From: a virus
Lineage: Duplodnaviria > Heunggongvirae > Uroviricota > Caudoviricetes
Direction: 5' to 3' (one strand)
Virus record (IMG/VR): IMGVR_UViG_2579778634_000020
DNA length: 46,724 nucleotides
A model generated the notes under the pieces. The model made no database searches and was not told where the DNA came from. It was given only the letters and a program-made list of their open reading frames with translations. A program made the position numbers and the translations under genes. Every line of letters starts with the position of its first letter. Positions within the stretch are counted from its first letter, which is position 1. Shown here one piece after another: positions 29,616-37,762 of this stretch.

Positions 29616-29721
29616 CTCACCTCCACATCCTGTACTGAAAACAATTTTACCAGAATGTCTCGATTCTAGGTATTCCGCCAGGAATCGCGCTCCAGAAATG
29701 AAACATCAGGTTCGCCAGTAC

Positions 29722-29758
29722 CAGAAACAACAAAACCCGCTCAATGGCGGGTTCTGGT
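29722..29758 (-). terminator. Terminator-like hairpin about 80 nt downstream of the Q-like gene
   Basis: Minus strand AACCCGCC-ATTGA-GCGGGTT followed by TTGTTGTTTCTGG; an outer CCAGAA/TTCTGG pairing extends the structure. Confidence 0.5.
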
Positions 29759-29836
29759 AAAGTTCATGCGCTTGGTTCGCCTCGCGATACAGCTTTGCGA
29801 AGCATACCGGAATTGAAGCAGTTTATGCGTAAAAAA

Positions 29837-30379
29837 TCAAGCTATTTTTTGAGCAAATGATTCTCGCATGGGAATATATAGGGCATACTCAGCAACAGCC
29901 AACCAATTAGCAATTCGCTTTTCGCATGTGCTAAAACACCACTCAGGATGTGCATCATTTAGCAATTCAGCCATTTTGCGCTTAGTCATCCCCCGTCCTT
30001 CATACCGTTGCCGGAGGACACTAATCAATCCAGGATGCTCTGCCAGCACCTCACTTATGACTCTATCAATACATAACGCCTCTGCATCAGTACAATGCGC
30101 CAGCCAGGTCTTTTGCTTGCCATTGATCATCTCTCGCAAAAACGCTTCCAGCTCAGGTTTCTCTATTCCCGCTTTTTTCATCCTGCGCAGGGCTTCATTG
30201 ACGGCTGTTTTCGTCAATTTTTTGGATGCCAGCAACTGGTTAAACATATTTCCCGTCTTACCGCCGCCAATATACGACCAGCGCCCCCACATGCGCAGTT
30301 TTCCCTGAATCCAGACACTTTCCAGCGTGGTGAGACGAAGGTGTTCCCCGCTTTTGCCTGTATTTGTTGGGTAAATCAT
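29837..30379 (-). CDS. Putative late antiterminator (Q-like)
   Basis: About 180 aa from the ATG at 30379, which overlaps the upstream gene stop as ATGA. Last gene before the terminator, cargo gene and lysis cassette. Positional call; the sequence is not lambda Q-like. Confidence 0.6.
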   Translation of the reverse strand: MIYPTNTGKSGEHLRLTTLESVWIQGKLRMWGRWSYIGGGKTGNMFNQLLASKKLTKTAVNEALRRMKKAGIEKPELEAFLREMINGKQKTWLAHCTDAEALCIDRVISEVLAEHPGLISVLRQRYEGRGMTKRKMAELLNDAHPEWCFSTCEKRIANWLAVAEYALYIPMRESFAQKIA

Positions 30380-30666
30380 AAATAACCTTCCTTTCTCCAG
30401 ATTTCTTGTGTGCGAAAAACACCTTCTGCATGCATCAGGCGTAATTCTTCTTTGGTGTAATCGCTGGTTTTTACCCGCCCGTCGATTAAATCGTGGCATG
30501 AGCTACAGGCAATCGCTGCCTGCATATCGTGTGGTTTTGTCGCTGTTCCGCACGTCCCCGCCAGCCTGTAATGCGCCAGCACAGATGTTTCGGGATTGTG
30601 ATTGCAGTAGCCAGGAATTCTGACGGTGCACATCTGCCCCCGCGCCGCTTTACGTAAATCCACCAT
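30376..30666 (-). CDS. YbcO-like (DUF1364) putative nuclease
   Basis: 96 aa: MVDLRKAARGQMCTVRIPGYCNHNPETSVLAHYRLAGTCGTATKPHDMQAAIACSSCHD…, closely resembling DLP12 YbcO as I recall it, with four conserved Cys. Translationally coupled to both neighbours. Confidence 0.7.
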   Translation of the reverse strand: MVDLRKAARGQMCTVRIPGYCNHNPETSVLAHYRLAGTCGTATKPHDMQAAIACSSCHDLIDGRVKTSDYTKEELRLMHAEGVFRTQEIWRKEGYL

Positions 30667-31265
30667 TACGCAAACTCCAGCAGCTGCGCGGCCACATTTT
30701 CGACTTGTTCCGGAGAGGAAAATTTACGGAACAGAATCCAGTTCCACAGCACATTCAGAACAGATTTATAAACCTGCTGAAACTCGGTTTCGTCCATATT
30801 CGCAAAAGCGATAGATTTTGCCCGACGCCCGCGGCTACCGTCCTGATAAAAATGTTCGGTGTAAAATCCAGCCTGAATGGTTACCCACTCGCGAAAAGCC
30901 TCAAACGACTTTAGCAATGCCGTATCCCGGGTTCTGCGTGTCGCAACTGTATTCAGATATTGCTCTGCGGCATCACTCAGGGCTGGCGTGTGTTCCCGAC
31001 CAACTGATTCGCACAGGTAATCAACGAAACCAGACAGCAGTTCTCGTTCGCGAGGCGTGATCGCCCCACCGACCGGAGTCCAGTAATCGAATCCCAGTTG
31101 CAGGAGTTTGAAAAAACGCTTGTGGAATGCGTAGTTACGCACACGCTTAAAGTCTGCGTGTATCCACTCGCCTATTTTGATTTGATGCAGAAAATCACAA
31201 CTCTCCGGCGTCGCCGGGAGAAGTAATCCGGAAGAGGTTTGTTTGACCAGTTGTATATGCGCCAT
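30666..31265 (-). CDS. DUF1367-like protein (YbcN/YdaW family)
   Basis: 199-aa ORF directly upstream of the YbcO-like gene, at the position of ydaW in K-12 Rac. Family call from synteny and recalled similarity. Confidence 0.6.
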   Translation of the reverse strand: MAHIQLVKQTSSGLLLPATPESCDFLHQIKIGEWIHADFKRVRNYAFHKRFFKLLQLGFDYWTPVGGAITPRERELLSGFVDYLCESVGREHTPALSDAAEQYLNTVATRRTRDTALLKSFEAFREWVTIQAGFYTEHFYQDGSRGRRAKSIAFANMDETEFQQVYKSVLNVLWNWILFRKFSSPEQVENVAAQLLEFA

Positions 31266-31537
31266 TTCTTAATCTCTCGATGGCGCAGCGCAGCAGATGC
31301 CAGTTGTTCAGGCTGACGTATGAAGTATAAATAAACTGGCTCCAGTGTAAAGCCCCACCTTAATGGAATAAAAACCAAACAACAGATTGCTGGGATACAA
31401 ACAACGCTTATTATTAAAAGCGGTTAAACAAATTAAATTTTAATGTTATGCAAATCTGCCAGATCACCATAATATCTCATTTGAAAACCGCTGAAATAAC
31501 AACCCTATTAGGGTTAATCATATTAAGGTGAGTAAAT

Positions 31538-31624
31538 ATGGAAAACAACAAATCTGCACATTACGTTCCTTTTTTATCTGTAATACTTTTTGTTTTATGC
31601 TGTGCGTGGGCATTATTTTTATAA
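31538..31624 (+). CDS. Candidate small hydrophobic peptide (28 aa)
   Basis: ATG at 31538 preceded by AAGGTGAG; encodes MENNKSAHYVPFLSVILFVLCCAWALFL, a polar head then a single hydrophobic helix. Convergent with hok. Confidence 0.3.
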   Translation: MENNKSAHYVPFLSVILFVLCCAWALFL

Positions 31625-31730
31625 AAATATTCACAGATAAAATATACCCGCCAAAGTTGGTTAAGTGCGGGTGCGTTGAGGATGCCTGACTCATCAGAGG
31701 TGGCGAGGGATTTCTCCCTCGCCTGGTCTC

Positions 31731-31883
31731 TCACTCCTCAGGTTCGTAAGCTGTGAAGACAGCGACCTCCGTCTGACCGGTTCGGATTTGTACCTCGCAG
31801 AAGTCTTTCCTTGTTACCAGTGCCATCACAACGACGGTAATACAGATGACAATCAGGGCGGTTAACATCGTCTTTTGCTGCAT
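31731..31883 (-). CDS. hok: Hok/Gef-family type I toxin (HokD/RelF-like)
   Basis: Minus-strand translation MQQKTMLTALIVICITVVVMALVTRKDFCEVQIRTGQTEVAVFTAYEPEE (50 aa), near-identical over most positions to E. coli HokD/RelF as I recall it (MKQQKAMLIALIVICLTVIVTALVTRKDLCEVRIRTGQTEVAVFTAYEPEE). A 9-bp perfect hairpin (31701-31722) follows the stop. Confidence 0.85.
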   Translation of the reverse strand: MQQKTMLTALIVICITVVVMALVTRKDFCEVQIRTGQTEVAVFTAYEPEE

Positions 31884-31897
31884 CACAGCCTACTTAC

Positions 31898-31932
31898 CCT
31901 TACCTTTCGTTCAAGCGGTAAGGTCACTTTTT
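31898..31932 (+). terminator. Plus-strand hairpin plus T-run antisense to the hok 5' region (candidate Sok-like RNA terminator)
   Basis: CCTTACC (31898-31904), 12-nt loop, GGTAAGG (31917-31923), then TCACTTTTT. It lies just upstream of the hok start codon on the opposite strand. No convincing promoter was identified. Confidence 0.3.
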
Positions 31933-32031
31933 CTGTTGTGTGCTAACCAACAAACCTCTTTTATCTGCATTAAAAATCGTTATCATGTCATCCTCAACCT
32001 GTTAATAGCCTATTATGGACTTTAGTAAACA

Positions 32032-33861
32032 ATGAGCACTTCCGCATACAAGAGCAAAATTCGAACACTCCAGTGCGCGTTAAAAAACGGTGAATTTGAA
32101 CCATTCATACAACATATCCGTTTTCCATACTTTAAAAATATAGAGCAGAATGCAAGGATCGATTTTCAGTTCCCTATAACGGCTTTAGTAGGAAAAAATG
32201 GAACTAATAAAAGTTCTGTTATCAAAGCGCTATTTGGTTGCCCACATGGTAAAAATATAACTCGTTATTGGTTCACAACTGAAACAGATGAGTTTCCTGA
32301 CCTAAAACTTGCTGATGGCAGTTCTCTTAAACCTAGATATATATATGGATATAAAAATGCTGATGGCCGTTTAGTTGAAATACTCCAAGCACGTATCAAT
32401 GCTACCAAGAAAACAATCGATTATTGGGAAACAAGTCGACCATCTGTTGGTGATAACATGGAGAGTATTTCGGATGATCTGGGTGCTAATAGTAATGCAA
32501 CCAGATGGAAAAAAATCAAGAAGGGATTGGTTTTCCTAGATTTCAGATCGGAAATAAGTGCATTTGATAGATGTATGTATCACTCTGATTTTAAATTAAG
32601 AAAGAAGAAGAGTGGTGTATTAATTACAAAGCAAGACTATATCAGAAGCAAATCTAAATATATAAAGAAAGCTTTTGATGAAAAGCTAAGTAATTTAAGA
32701 CTCTGGGGGGCGGAAACCATTGTTAAAAATATAACCTTGGCGCCAGAACTAGTTGAGCACGTCTCATTTATATTAGGGAAAAAATATAAAGTCATTAAAT
32801 TTCTTGAGCATCGGTTATTTGGAACCAGAGGAGGAACCGCTTTACTTTCAACTGATAAGTTGAACTATACAGAAGCGTTTGCTGGAAGTGGTGAATTTGC
32901 AATAGTTTCACTAATACTCAATATTTATTCGGCCAAACCTAATTCATTAATTCTTCTTGACGAACCAGAAGTTTCACTTCACCCTGGTGCACAAAAAAGG
33001 ATGATGGATGTTCTGTACTCTATTGTTGAGCAGAAAAAACATCAAGTGGTAATATCAACCCATTCTCCTGTTATTGTGAACACTCTTCCCAAAGATGCCA
33101 TTAAATTATTTGTTTTTGATGAAGAGAGTGAAACAGCTAAAATAGTTCAAAATATAGCACCGGATGAAGCTTTTATAGAGCTAGGGCATGATATTAACAA
33201 GAAAACAATAATTGTAGAAGATAAATTAGCTAAAGCAATTATAGATAAAGCGATTAAAAATGATGAAAGATTAAGCTTATCATTTAGTGTAAGTTATATA
33301 CCAGGTGGTTCGGAGACCATTTTAAGCAAGCATCTTCCCAGTTACGCTGTGGTAGAACGCAATGATATTTTGTTTTTACTTGATGGTGATAAAAACAAAA
33401 AAATAAAACCAGTAAGAATTAGTGAAATTGCTGATGCTGATTTAGTTAATACAATGTGCAAATATTATGGTTGCGAGTTAATTATCAATGCCAGTGGTAG
33501 TAATGGCAAAAAAAATGAACAAGAATCTAATAGACTCAAAAGGCAAGTGCTTGAGTATGCATTCAATAAAGTGCAGTATTTACCATTTGATACTCCCGAA
33601 CAATTACTCATTGAAAAGGCAATTACGCCAAGTGAAAAAGAAATAATTGATTCACAGACCTGGAGTTCTAATGATCCAGAACTGTATAAGAATCAAATAA
33701 GATTATTAGCGCAACACCTGTATGATAAAGAAGAAGTAAATGCAGAGGAAATTTTTTGCCTCCAACAAATGATGACCGCAAGACTTAAAAATGAATTGCC
33801 TGAATTTATAAAAATAAGAAAAATAATTACTCAGGCTCTTGACCGTGGTATCATTAGGTAG
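32032..33861 (+). CDS. OLD-family-like nuclease candidate: ABC-type ATPase with a C-terminal TOPRIM-like region
   Basis: 609 aa. P-loop variant LVGKNGTNKSSV (54-62), Walker B and D-loop LILLDEPEVSLHP, H-loop VVISTHSP; C-terminal TIIVEDKLAKAII … ILFLLDGDKNKK gives a conserved Glu and a DxD about 55 residues apart as in TOPRIM. Architecture and size resemble P2 Old / GajA-like proteins. Visibly AT-rich gene. Confidence 0.7.
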   Translation: MSTSAYKSKIRTLQCALKNGEFEPFIQHIRFPYFKNIEQNARIDFQFPITALVGKNGTNKSSVIKALFGCPHGKNITRYWFTTETDEFPDLKLADGSSLKPRYIYGYKNADGRLVEILQARINATKKTIDYWETSRPSVGDNMESISDDLGANSNATRWKKIKKGLVFLDFRSEISAFDRCMYHSDFKLRKKKSGVLITKQDYIRSKSKYIKKAFDEKLSNLRLWGAETIVKNITLAPELVEHVSFILGKKYKVIKFLEHRLFGTRGGTALLSTDKLNYTEAFAGSGEFAIVSLILNIYSAKPNSLILLDEPEVSLHPGAQKRMMDVLYSIVEQKKHQVVISTHSPVIVNTLPKDAIKLFVFDEESETAKIVQNIAPDEAFIELGHDINKKTIIVEDKLAKAIIDKAIKNDERLSLSFSVSYIPGGSETILSKHLPSYAVVERNDILFLLDGDKNKKIKPVRISEIADADLVNTMCKYYGCELIINASGSNGKKNEQESNRLKRQVLEYAFNKVQYLPFDTPEQLLIEKAITPSEKEIIDSQTWSSNDPELYKNQIRLLAQHLYDKEEVNAEEIFCLQQMMTARLKNELPEFIKIRKIITQALDRGIIR

Positions 33862-33884
33862 TGATTCTGGATGCAGAGGGAAAA

Positions 33885-34925
33885 ATGAAAAAAATCAAAG
33901 TGTTTGACTTCTTTTCCGGTTGTGGTGGAACCAGCCAAGGTTTCCATCAAGCTGGAATGGATATTGTTTTTGGCCTCGATTTCGACGTTGATGCAGCCAG
34001 TTCATTTCGTGCAAATTTCCCGCAGGCTGCTTTTATTAACTCGGACATTAGGTTAATCGACAACAATGCCATAAACAAGTTAGTAAAAAAACATCGTAAT
34101 GATTACATTCTTTTTTCAGGATGTGCGCCTTGTCAACCGTACTCTAAGCAAAACTCAAATAAGAAAAATGATGATCCACGATTAGATCTATTAAAGGAAT
34201 TCAGTCGCTTTGTAGAGCATTATATGCCTGATTTTATTTTTGTTGAAAACGTGCCAGGAATGCAAAAGTTTAACAAAAATGAAGGAACATTCATGATGTT
34301 TTTAGAAATGCTTTCATCAAAGGGATATAGTGTAGATTATAAAGTAATGCCAGCTGCGTGGTACGGTGTACCACAGACGCGAGAAAGATTAGTGCTCATT
34401 GCATCCAAGGATTTTTATGTCGCATTGCCTTCTCCTACACATGGGGTTGGAAATACTCCCTATTCAACAGTAAAGGACTGGATCGCTAATTTACCGAAGA
34501 TAGAAGCAGGAGAAAAGCATAATAGTATTCCTGATCATGAAGCTGCACGCTTATCAGAGCTTAATTTACGTAGAATAAAATGCACTCCTGAAGGTGGAAG
34601 TCGAGAATTTTGGCCAGATGAATTGATTTTAGAATGCCATCGTAACCATAAAGGGCATACAGACGTATATGGACGTTTGAGTTGGGACAAACCAGCCAGC
34701 GGACTAACAACTCGTTGTATTAGCTATTCAAATGGACGTTTTGGACATCCAACACAAAATCGAGCAATATCGGTTCGTGAAGCAGCGTGTCTACAAACAT
34801 TTCCTTTGGATTATAAATTTATTGGTTCTTTGCAATCTCGGGCTCGTCAAATAGGAAATGCGGTCCCTCCGAAGATGTCTGAAACGATTGGAAAACATTT
34901 GCTTAATATAATCAAAGCCTCCTAG
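33885..34925 (+). CDS. DNA (cytosine-5)-methyltransferase
   Basis: Motif I FDFFSGCGGTSQGF, motif IV GCAPCQPYS (catalytic PC), motif VI ENV, motif VIII QTRER, motif X GNAVPP. ATG at 33885 with RBS AGAGGG; an in-frame GTG at 33861 overlaps the upstream TAG. Confidence 0.9.
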   Translation: MKKIKVFDFFSGCGGTSQGFHQAGMDIVFGLDFDVDAASSFRANFPQAAFINSDIRLIDNNAINKLVKKHRNDYILFSGCAPCQPYSKQNSNKKNDDPRLDLLKEFSRFVEHYMPDFIFVENVPGMQKFNKNEGTFMMFLEMLSSKGYSVDYKVMPAAWYGVPQTRERLVLIASKDFYVALPSPTHGVGNTPYSTVKDWIANLPKIEAGEKHNSIPDHEAARLSELNLRRIKCTPEGGSREFWPDELILECHRNHKGHTDVYGRLSWDKPASGLTTRCISYSNGRFGHPTQNRAISVREAACLQTFPLDYKFIGSLQSRARQIGNAVPPKMSETIGKHLLNIIKAS

Positions 34926-34938
34926 GAGGCTTTATTTT
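34914..34938. terminator. Palindromic terminator between the convergent MTase and early-right genes
   Basis: AAAGCCTCC-TA-GGAGGCTTT palindrome at 34914-34933 containing the MTase TAG stop, followed by TTTATTTTATT. Also hairpin-forming on the minus strand, with a weaker T-tract. Confidence 0.55.
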
Positions 34939-34958
34939 ATTGTTATCCCCCCTAGTAG

Positions 34959-35390
34959 TTAATCGTGCTCACCAGACAACCTCCTGAAATTACTCTGGTA
35001 AAATGCCAGTACACGCTGCATAACTTCGCTTTTCCGGCACTCGCGACAGATTATATTCAGGCGCCTGTCGTAGCGGCGTATTTCTCCGTCTGGTAATGAC
35101 CAGATAAGGTCAGGATCAACCACAACCGTTTTTTTCACCTTTGCCCTGGATAGTTTTTTGCGGGCGTTTTGCCAGTCCTTACGAGCCTGCTCAGACGGGA
35201 ATAATCCGTAGCCTGAATTGTAAACATCACCACTGGCGACCAGTTCTCTGGCGAGAGTGCTTATGTAATACCTTGATGCACCGGTTTTAGCCTCCAGAGC
35301 CCGTAACGTCTCGCGACCGCTCAGACGTACAAGTTCAACAACCTGCCCTTTAATTTTTTCCCGCTCTTCTGGTGTAAATACTTTTGCCAT
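34959..35390 (-). CDS. Hypothetical protein (143 aa)
   Basis: ATG at 35390 preceded by RBS GGAGG. Basic protein with a Cys pair (ICRECRK). No family recognised. Confidence 0.55.
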   Translation of the reverse strand: MAKVFTPEEREKIKGQVVELVRLSGRETLRALEAKTGASRYYISTLARELVASGDVYNSGYGLFPSEQARKDWQNARKKLSRAKVKKTVVVDPDLIWSLPDGEIRRYDRRLNIICRECRKSEVMQRVLAFYQSNFRRLSGEHD

Positions 35391-35405
35391 AGGTGCCTCC
35401 GGCAA

Positions 35406-36167
35406 TCACTTTTCCGACACAATACGACTGGAGGAATCGAAAATCTGTCGAACAATATCCCGGTGCTTGTTCAGCTCCCGCAGCGCGGCGCAGACTCGCT
35501 CCCACTTCTGGACATGATTTTTCGCCCGACGCAGTTCACGGTTTGCCATATGCAGCGATGGTAAAATCAGGTTATCCGCTTGCGTTTCAGTAAACGATGG
35601 CAACGACTGCACAATGTCCGCCACAGTTTCTGTTTTAATATCTTCCTGTGTTGCAGCTTCCTGTACTGGTAACGCAACACCGGCTAGCTGAGGAAAGGCT
35701 TTACCATCTGTTTCCGCTACCGATGCAGCTTTCGGCTCTGCTGGTAAATTACCGCCCGGCATGCAGTAACGAAATTTACCGTTCTGATTAACGCGAATCA
35801 GACGAGCTTTGCTGATTGCCATTGCCAGCGTTGAAGCCACTTTGCGGGATGTGGTACCGAACACCGTAGCCAGTTCATCCGCAGTTAGTGGACCACGTTG
35901 TTCAATCGTCGCAGTTAAATCGCTCTCTGAAATTTTCGCGACTGTTGCCGTGGTAGTTTCTTCCGGCAGTTCTGCCGGCGCTGGCTGTTCCTGCTGAACG
36001 TTGTTATCAGCCACACGCCAGGTGTACGCGCTTTTATCAACGAAACCAGCCTTTTTCAGTTCCCATAGTTCGTTCAGCACTTCTTCACGGCTGATATCAA
36101 GTCGCGCAGCAAGTTCTATGGATGTGGCTTTTCCCATTGCTTTCAGTGCGTCAAAAACAGTCTCCAT
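35406..36167 (-). CDS. Hypothetical DNA-binding protein with two winged-helix-like segments
   Basis: Likely start is the ATG at 36167 ([43 protein letters not shown]…); a second similar segment is [31 protein letters not shown]. Immediately downstream of the DnaC-like gene. Confidence 0.55.
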   Translation of the reverse strand: METVFDALKAMGKATSIELAARLDISREEVLNELWELKKAGFVDKSAYTWRVADNNVQQEQPAPAELPEETTTATVAKISESDLTATIEQRGPLTADELATVFGTTSRKVASTLAMAISKARLIRVNQNGKFRYCMPGGNLPAEPKAASVAETDGKAFPQLAGVALPVQEAATQEDIKTETVADIVQSLPSFTETQADNLILPSLHMANRELRRAKNHVQKWERVCAALRELNKHRDIVRQIFDSSSRIVSEK

Positions 36168-36189
36168 TAAATTTTTCTCCCGGTAAAAA

Positions 36190-36936
36190 TTACTTCGCAA
36201 TTCCTGGCTGGACGACATTCGGACGCCAGCTCTCCCAGTTAAAATTCACCCATCGCCCGCCGTTCATGGTCATGCGATCCATAATCCTCTCGCCGAGCAA
36301 TGTTTTCATGGCCTCATAATTCAGGTTTGTCAGCATCCCCACGCTGCGCATCGACGCTGTCCGGCGATCAACAATCTGGTGCAGCACCACCTGCTCGTTT
36401 TTTGTCTCGCGCTGAATGCCAATTTCATCAAGAACCAGCAGATCCACTTGGCACAGTTCCCGCAAAAATTTTTCGCCTGATTGCCCGTCGTCATAGCTGG
36501 CGTGTAGGGCACTCATGACATCAGCCACGGTAACCACAATCACTGTCTGGCCATCTTTCAGCAGGCGATTCCCGATAGCTGCCGCTAAGTGGTTCTTCCC
36601 GGTACCAGGTTTTCCGCTGAACGCAAAATTTGTACACCCGGTCATCAGTTCATCAGCGATGGATTTCGCCTGACTCAACGCGTATCGCTGCCCTTCGTTC
36701 TGCACCTGGTAATTCGAAAACGAGCATTTGCGGTGCAATGGCTGGATGCCAGAGCGATTCAGAATTTTTTCCACCCGCAACTGACGATTCTGACGGTTGA
36801 TCTCCTCACAACGTTTCTGGCCTTCGGAAAGTTGCCACTCGCGCCACTCCGCTACCGTCTTGAATGGCGCGGTTACATGCGACGGGGCCAGTCTGCGGAT
36901 ACGTTCAAGAACGTCGCCTGTCGCAATATTTTTCAT
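36190..36936 (-). CDS. ydaV: DnaC-like helicase loader / replication protein (lambda P functional analogue, IstB-like ATPase)
   Basis: 248 aa; Walker [18 protein letters not shown], Walker B LLVLDEIG. Downstream of the O-like gene. Symbol by synteny with K-12 Rac. Confidence 0.85.
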   Translation of the reverse strand: MKNIATGDVLERIRRLAPSHVTAPFKTVAEWREWQLSEGQKRCEEINRQNRQLRVEKILNRSGIQPLHRKCSFSNYQVQNEGQRYALSQAKSIADELMTGCTNFAFSGKPGTGKNHLAAAIGNRLLKDGQTVIVVTVADVMSALHASYDDGQSGEKFLRELCQVDLLVLDEIGIQRETKNEQVVLHQIVDRRTASMRSVGMLTNLNYEAMKTLLGERIMDRMTMNGGRWVNFNWESWRPNVVQPGIAK

Positions 36937-36942
36937 GGTCAG

Positions 36943-37731
36943 TTACCCCCTGAAGCCTGGCGGGATCGCACTATCCGGTAACGAGACGGTGTTAACCTGT
37001 CGGAGTAACGTCTCAGGTCGAACACCTTTCGGCGCGAACAAGCCCTGGTATTCGTTGGCGATGCTGTGTCGAATCACCTGCTCAGGTGAAAAACCCTGCT
37101 GGCGGAATTTTTCCAGCTCCCGTATCGCCCCGTTAGCGCCCTGCTCCGTTCGAATCGGTTTTCGCAATGCCTGCCTGAACTGAACCCACTCATGCCAGAG
37201 TGTTTCCGGCAACCAGTCAGGCAGCTCGATAGCCTCCGGTTCGAATTTTTTAGACGCTCGTTTTTGGCGAGGGGGATTTAGGGGGAGATAAGTATTTATA
37301 TCTTCCTCTTTCTCTTCCTCTGGTAACGCTTTTTGATCCGTTTTTGTAACGCTGGCAGCGTTACCTTTTCGTTTCAGTTCTCGTATTTTTGTTACTCTCT
37401 CGTTTGTAACCGCCCGTTTTTTAGAGCTTTTCCCGTTATGGCGCTCAAAGTTAGGAAGCGACAACACACCATTAGTTTCGACCAGCCATCCAACCTGAAT
37501 TAACGCATCAGCAAAACCAGCCATAAAAGTGATGCGATCTATTGCACTTTTTGTAACGCCGCGAGCGTTACACTCTGCGTTACCGTCTATCATTTGTTGA
37601 TCCGCCCATGCCCAGAAGCGAATGACTTTCCCTAATGCGGCATCTGGATCAATATTCAGAATCTCAGCAAGCCTGAATATTTCCGGCTTATCCGGCGTAA
37701 TAACTTCGAGCTTTATCCAGTTTGAAGCCAT
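36943..37731 (-). CDS. ydaU: Replication initiation protein (O-like, YdaU/DUF1376-like)
   Basis: 262 aa, upstream of the DnaC-like loader. Contains internal palindromic repeats and an acidic/AT-rich stretch. Symbol by synteny. Confidence 0.7.
   Translation of the reverse strand: MASNWIKLEVITPDKPEIFRLAEILNIDPDAALGKVIRFWAWADQQMIDGNAECNARGVTKSAIDRITFMAGFADALIQVGWLVETNGVLSLPNFERHNGKSSKKRAVTNERVTKIRELKRKGNAASVTKTDQKALPEEEKEEDINTYLPLNPPRQKRASKKFEPEAIELPDWLPETLWHEWVQFRQALRKPIRTEQGANGAIRELEKFRQQGFSPEQVIRHSIANEYQGLFAPKGVRPETLLRQVNTVSLPDSAIPPGFRG
37346..37364. promoter_or_regulatory. 19-bp inverted repeat GTAACGC-N5-GCGTTAC, copy 1 (inside the O-like gene)
   Basis: GTAACGC TGGCA GCGTTAC; a GGTAACGC half-site at 37322-37329 sits just upstream. 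Confidence 0.5.
37553..37571. promoter_or_regulatory. 19-bp inverted repeat GTAACGC-N5-GCGTTAC, copy 2 (inside the O-like gene)
   Basis: GTAACGC CGCGA GCGTTAC; a GCGTTACC half-site follows at about 37577-37584. Confidence 0.5.
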
Positions 37732-37743
37732 TTGTTTTCACCT

Positions 37744-37762
37744 TGTAACGCTCGCAGCGTTA
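37744..37762. promoter_or_regulatory. 19-bp inverted repeat GTAACGC-N5-GCGTTAC, copy 3 (immediately upstream of the O-like RBS)
   Basis: GTAACGC TCGCA GCGTTAC, 13-31 nt upstream of the O-like start codon and adjacent to its RBS AGGTG. Confidence 0.5.

Noticed and set aside
29837-30499. Full 220-aa track ORF as the Q-like protein
   Set aside because: The first 40 codons overlap the upstream YbcO-like gene; the internal ATG at 30379 gives an ATGA stop-start overlap, so the shorter product is preferred.
31266-31540. Possible tRNA or small RNA gene in the AT-rich spacer upstream of the small peptide ORF
   Set aside because: No cloverleaf-compatible stems or conserved T-loop sequence seen; only a short palindrome AACCCTATTAGGGTT (31501-31515) with no flanking terminator.
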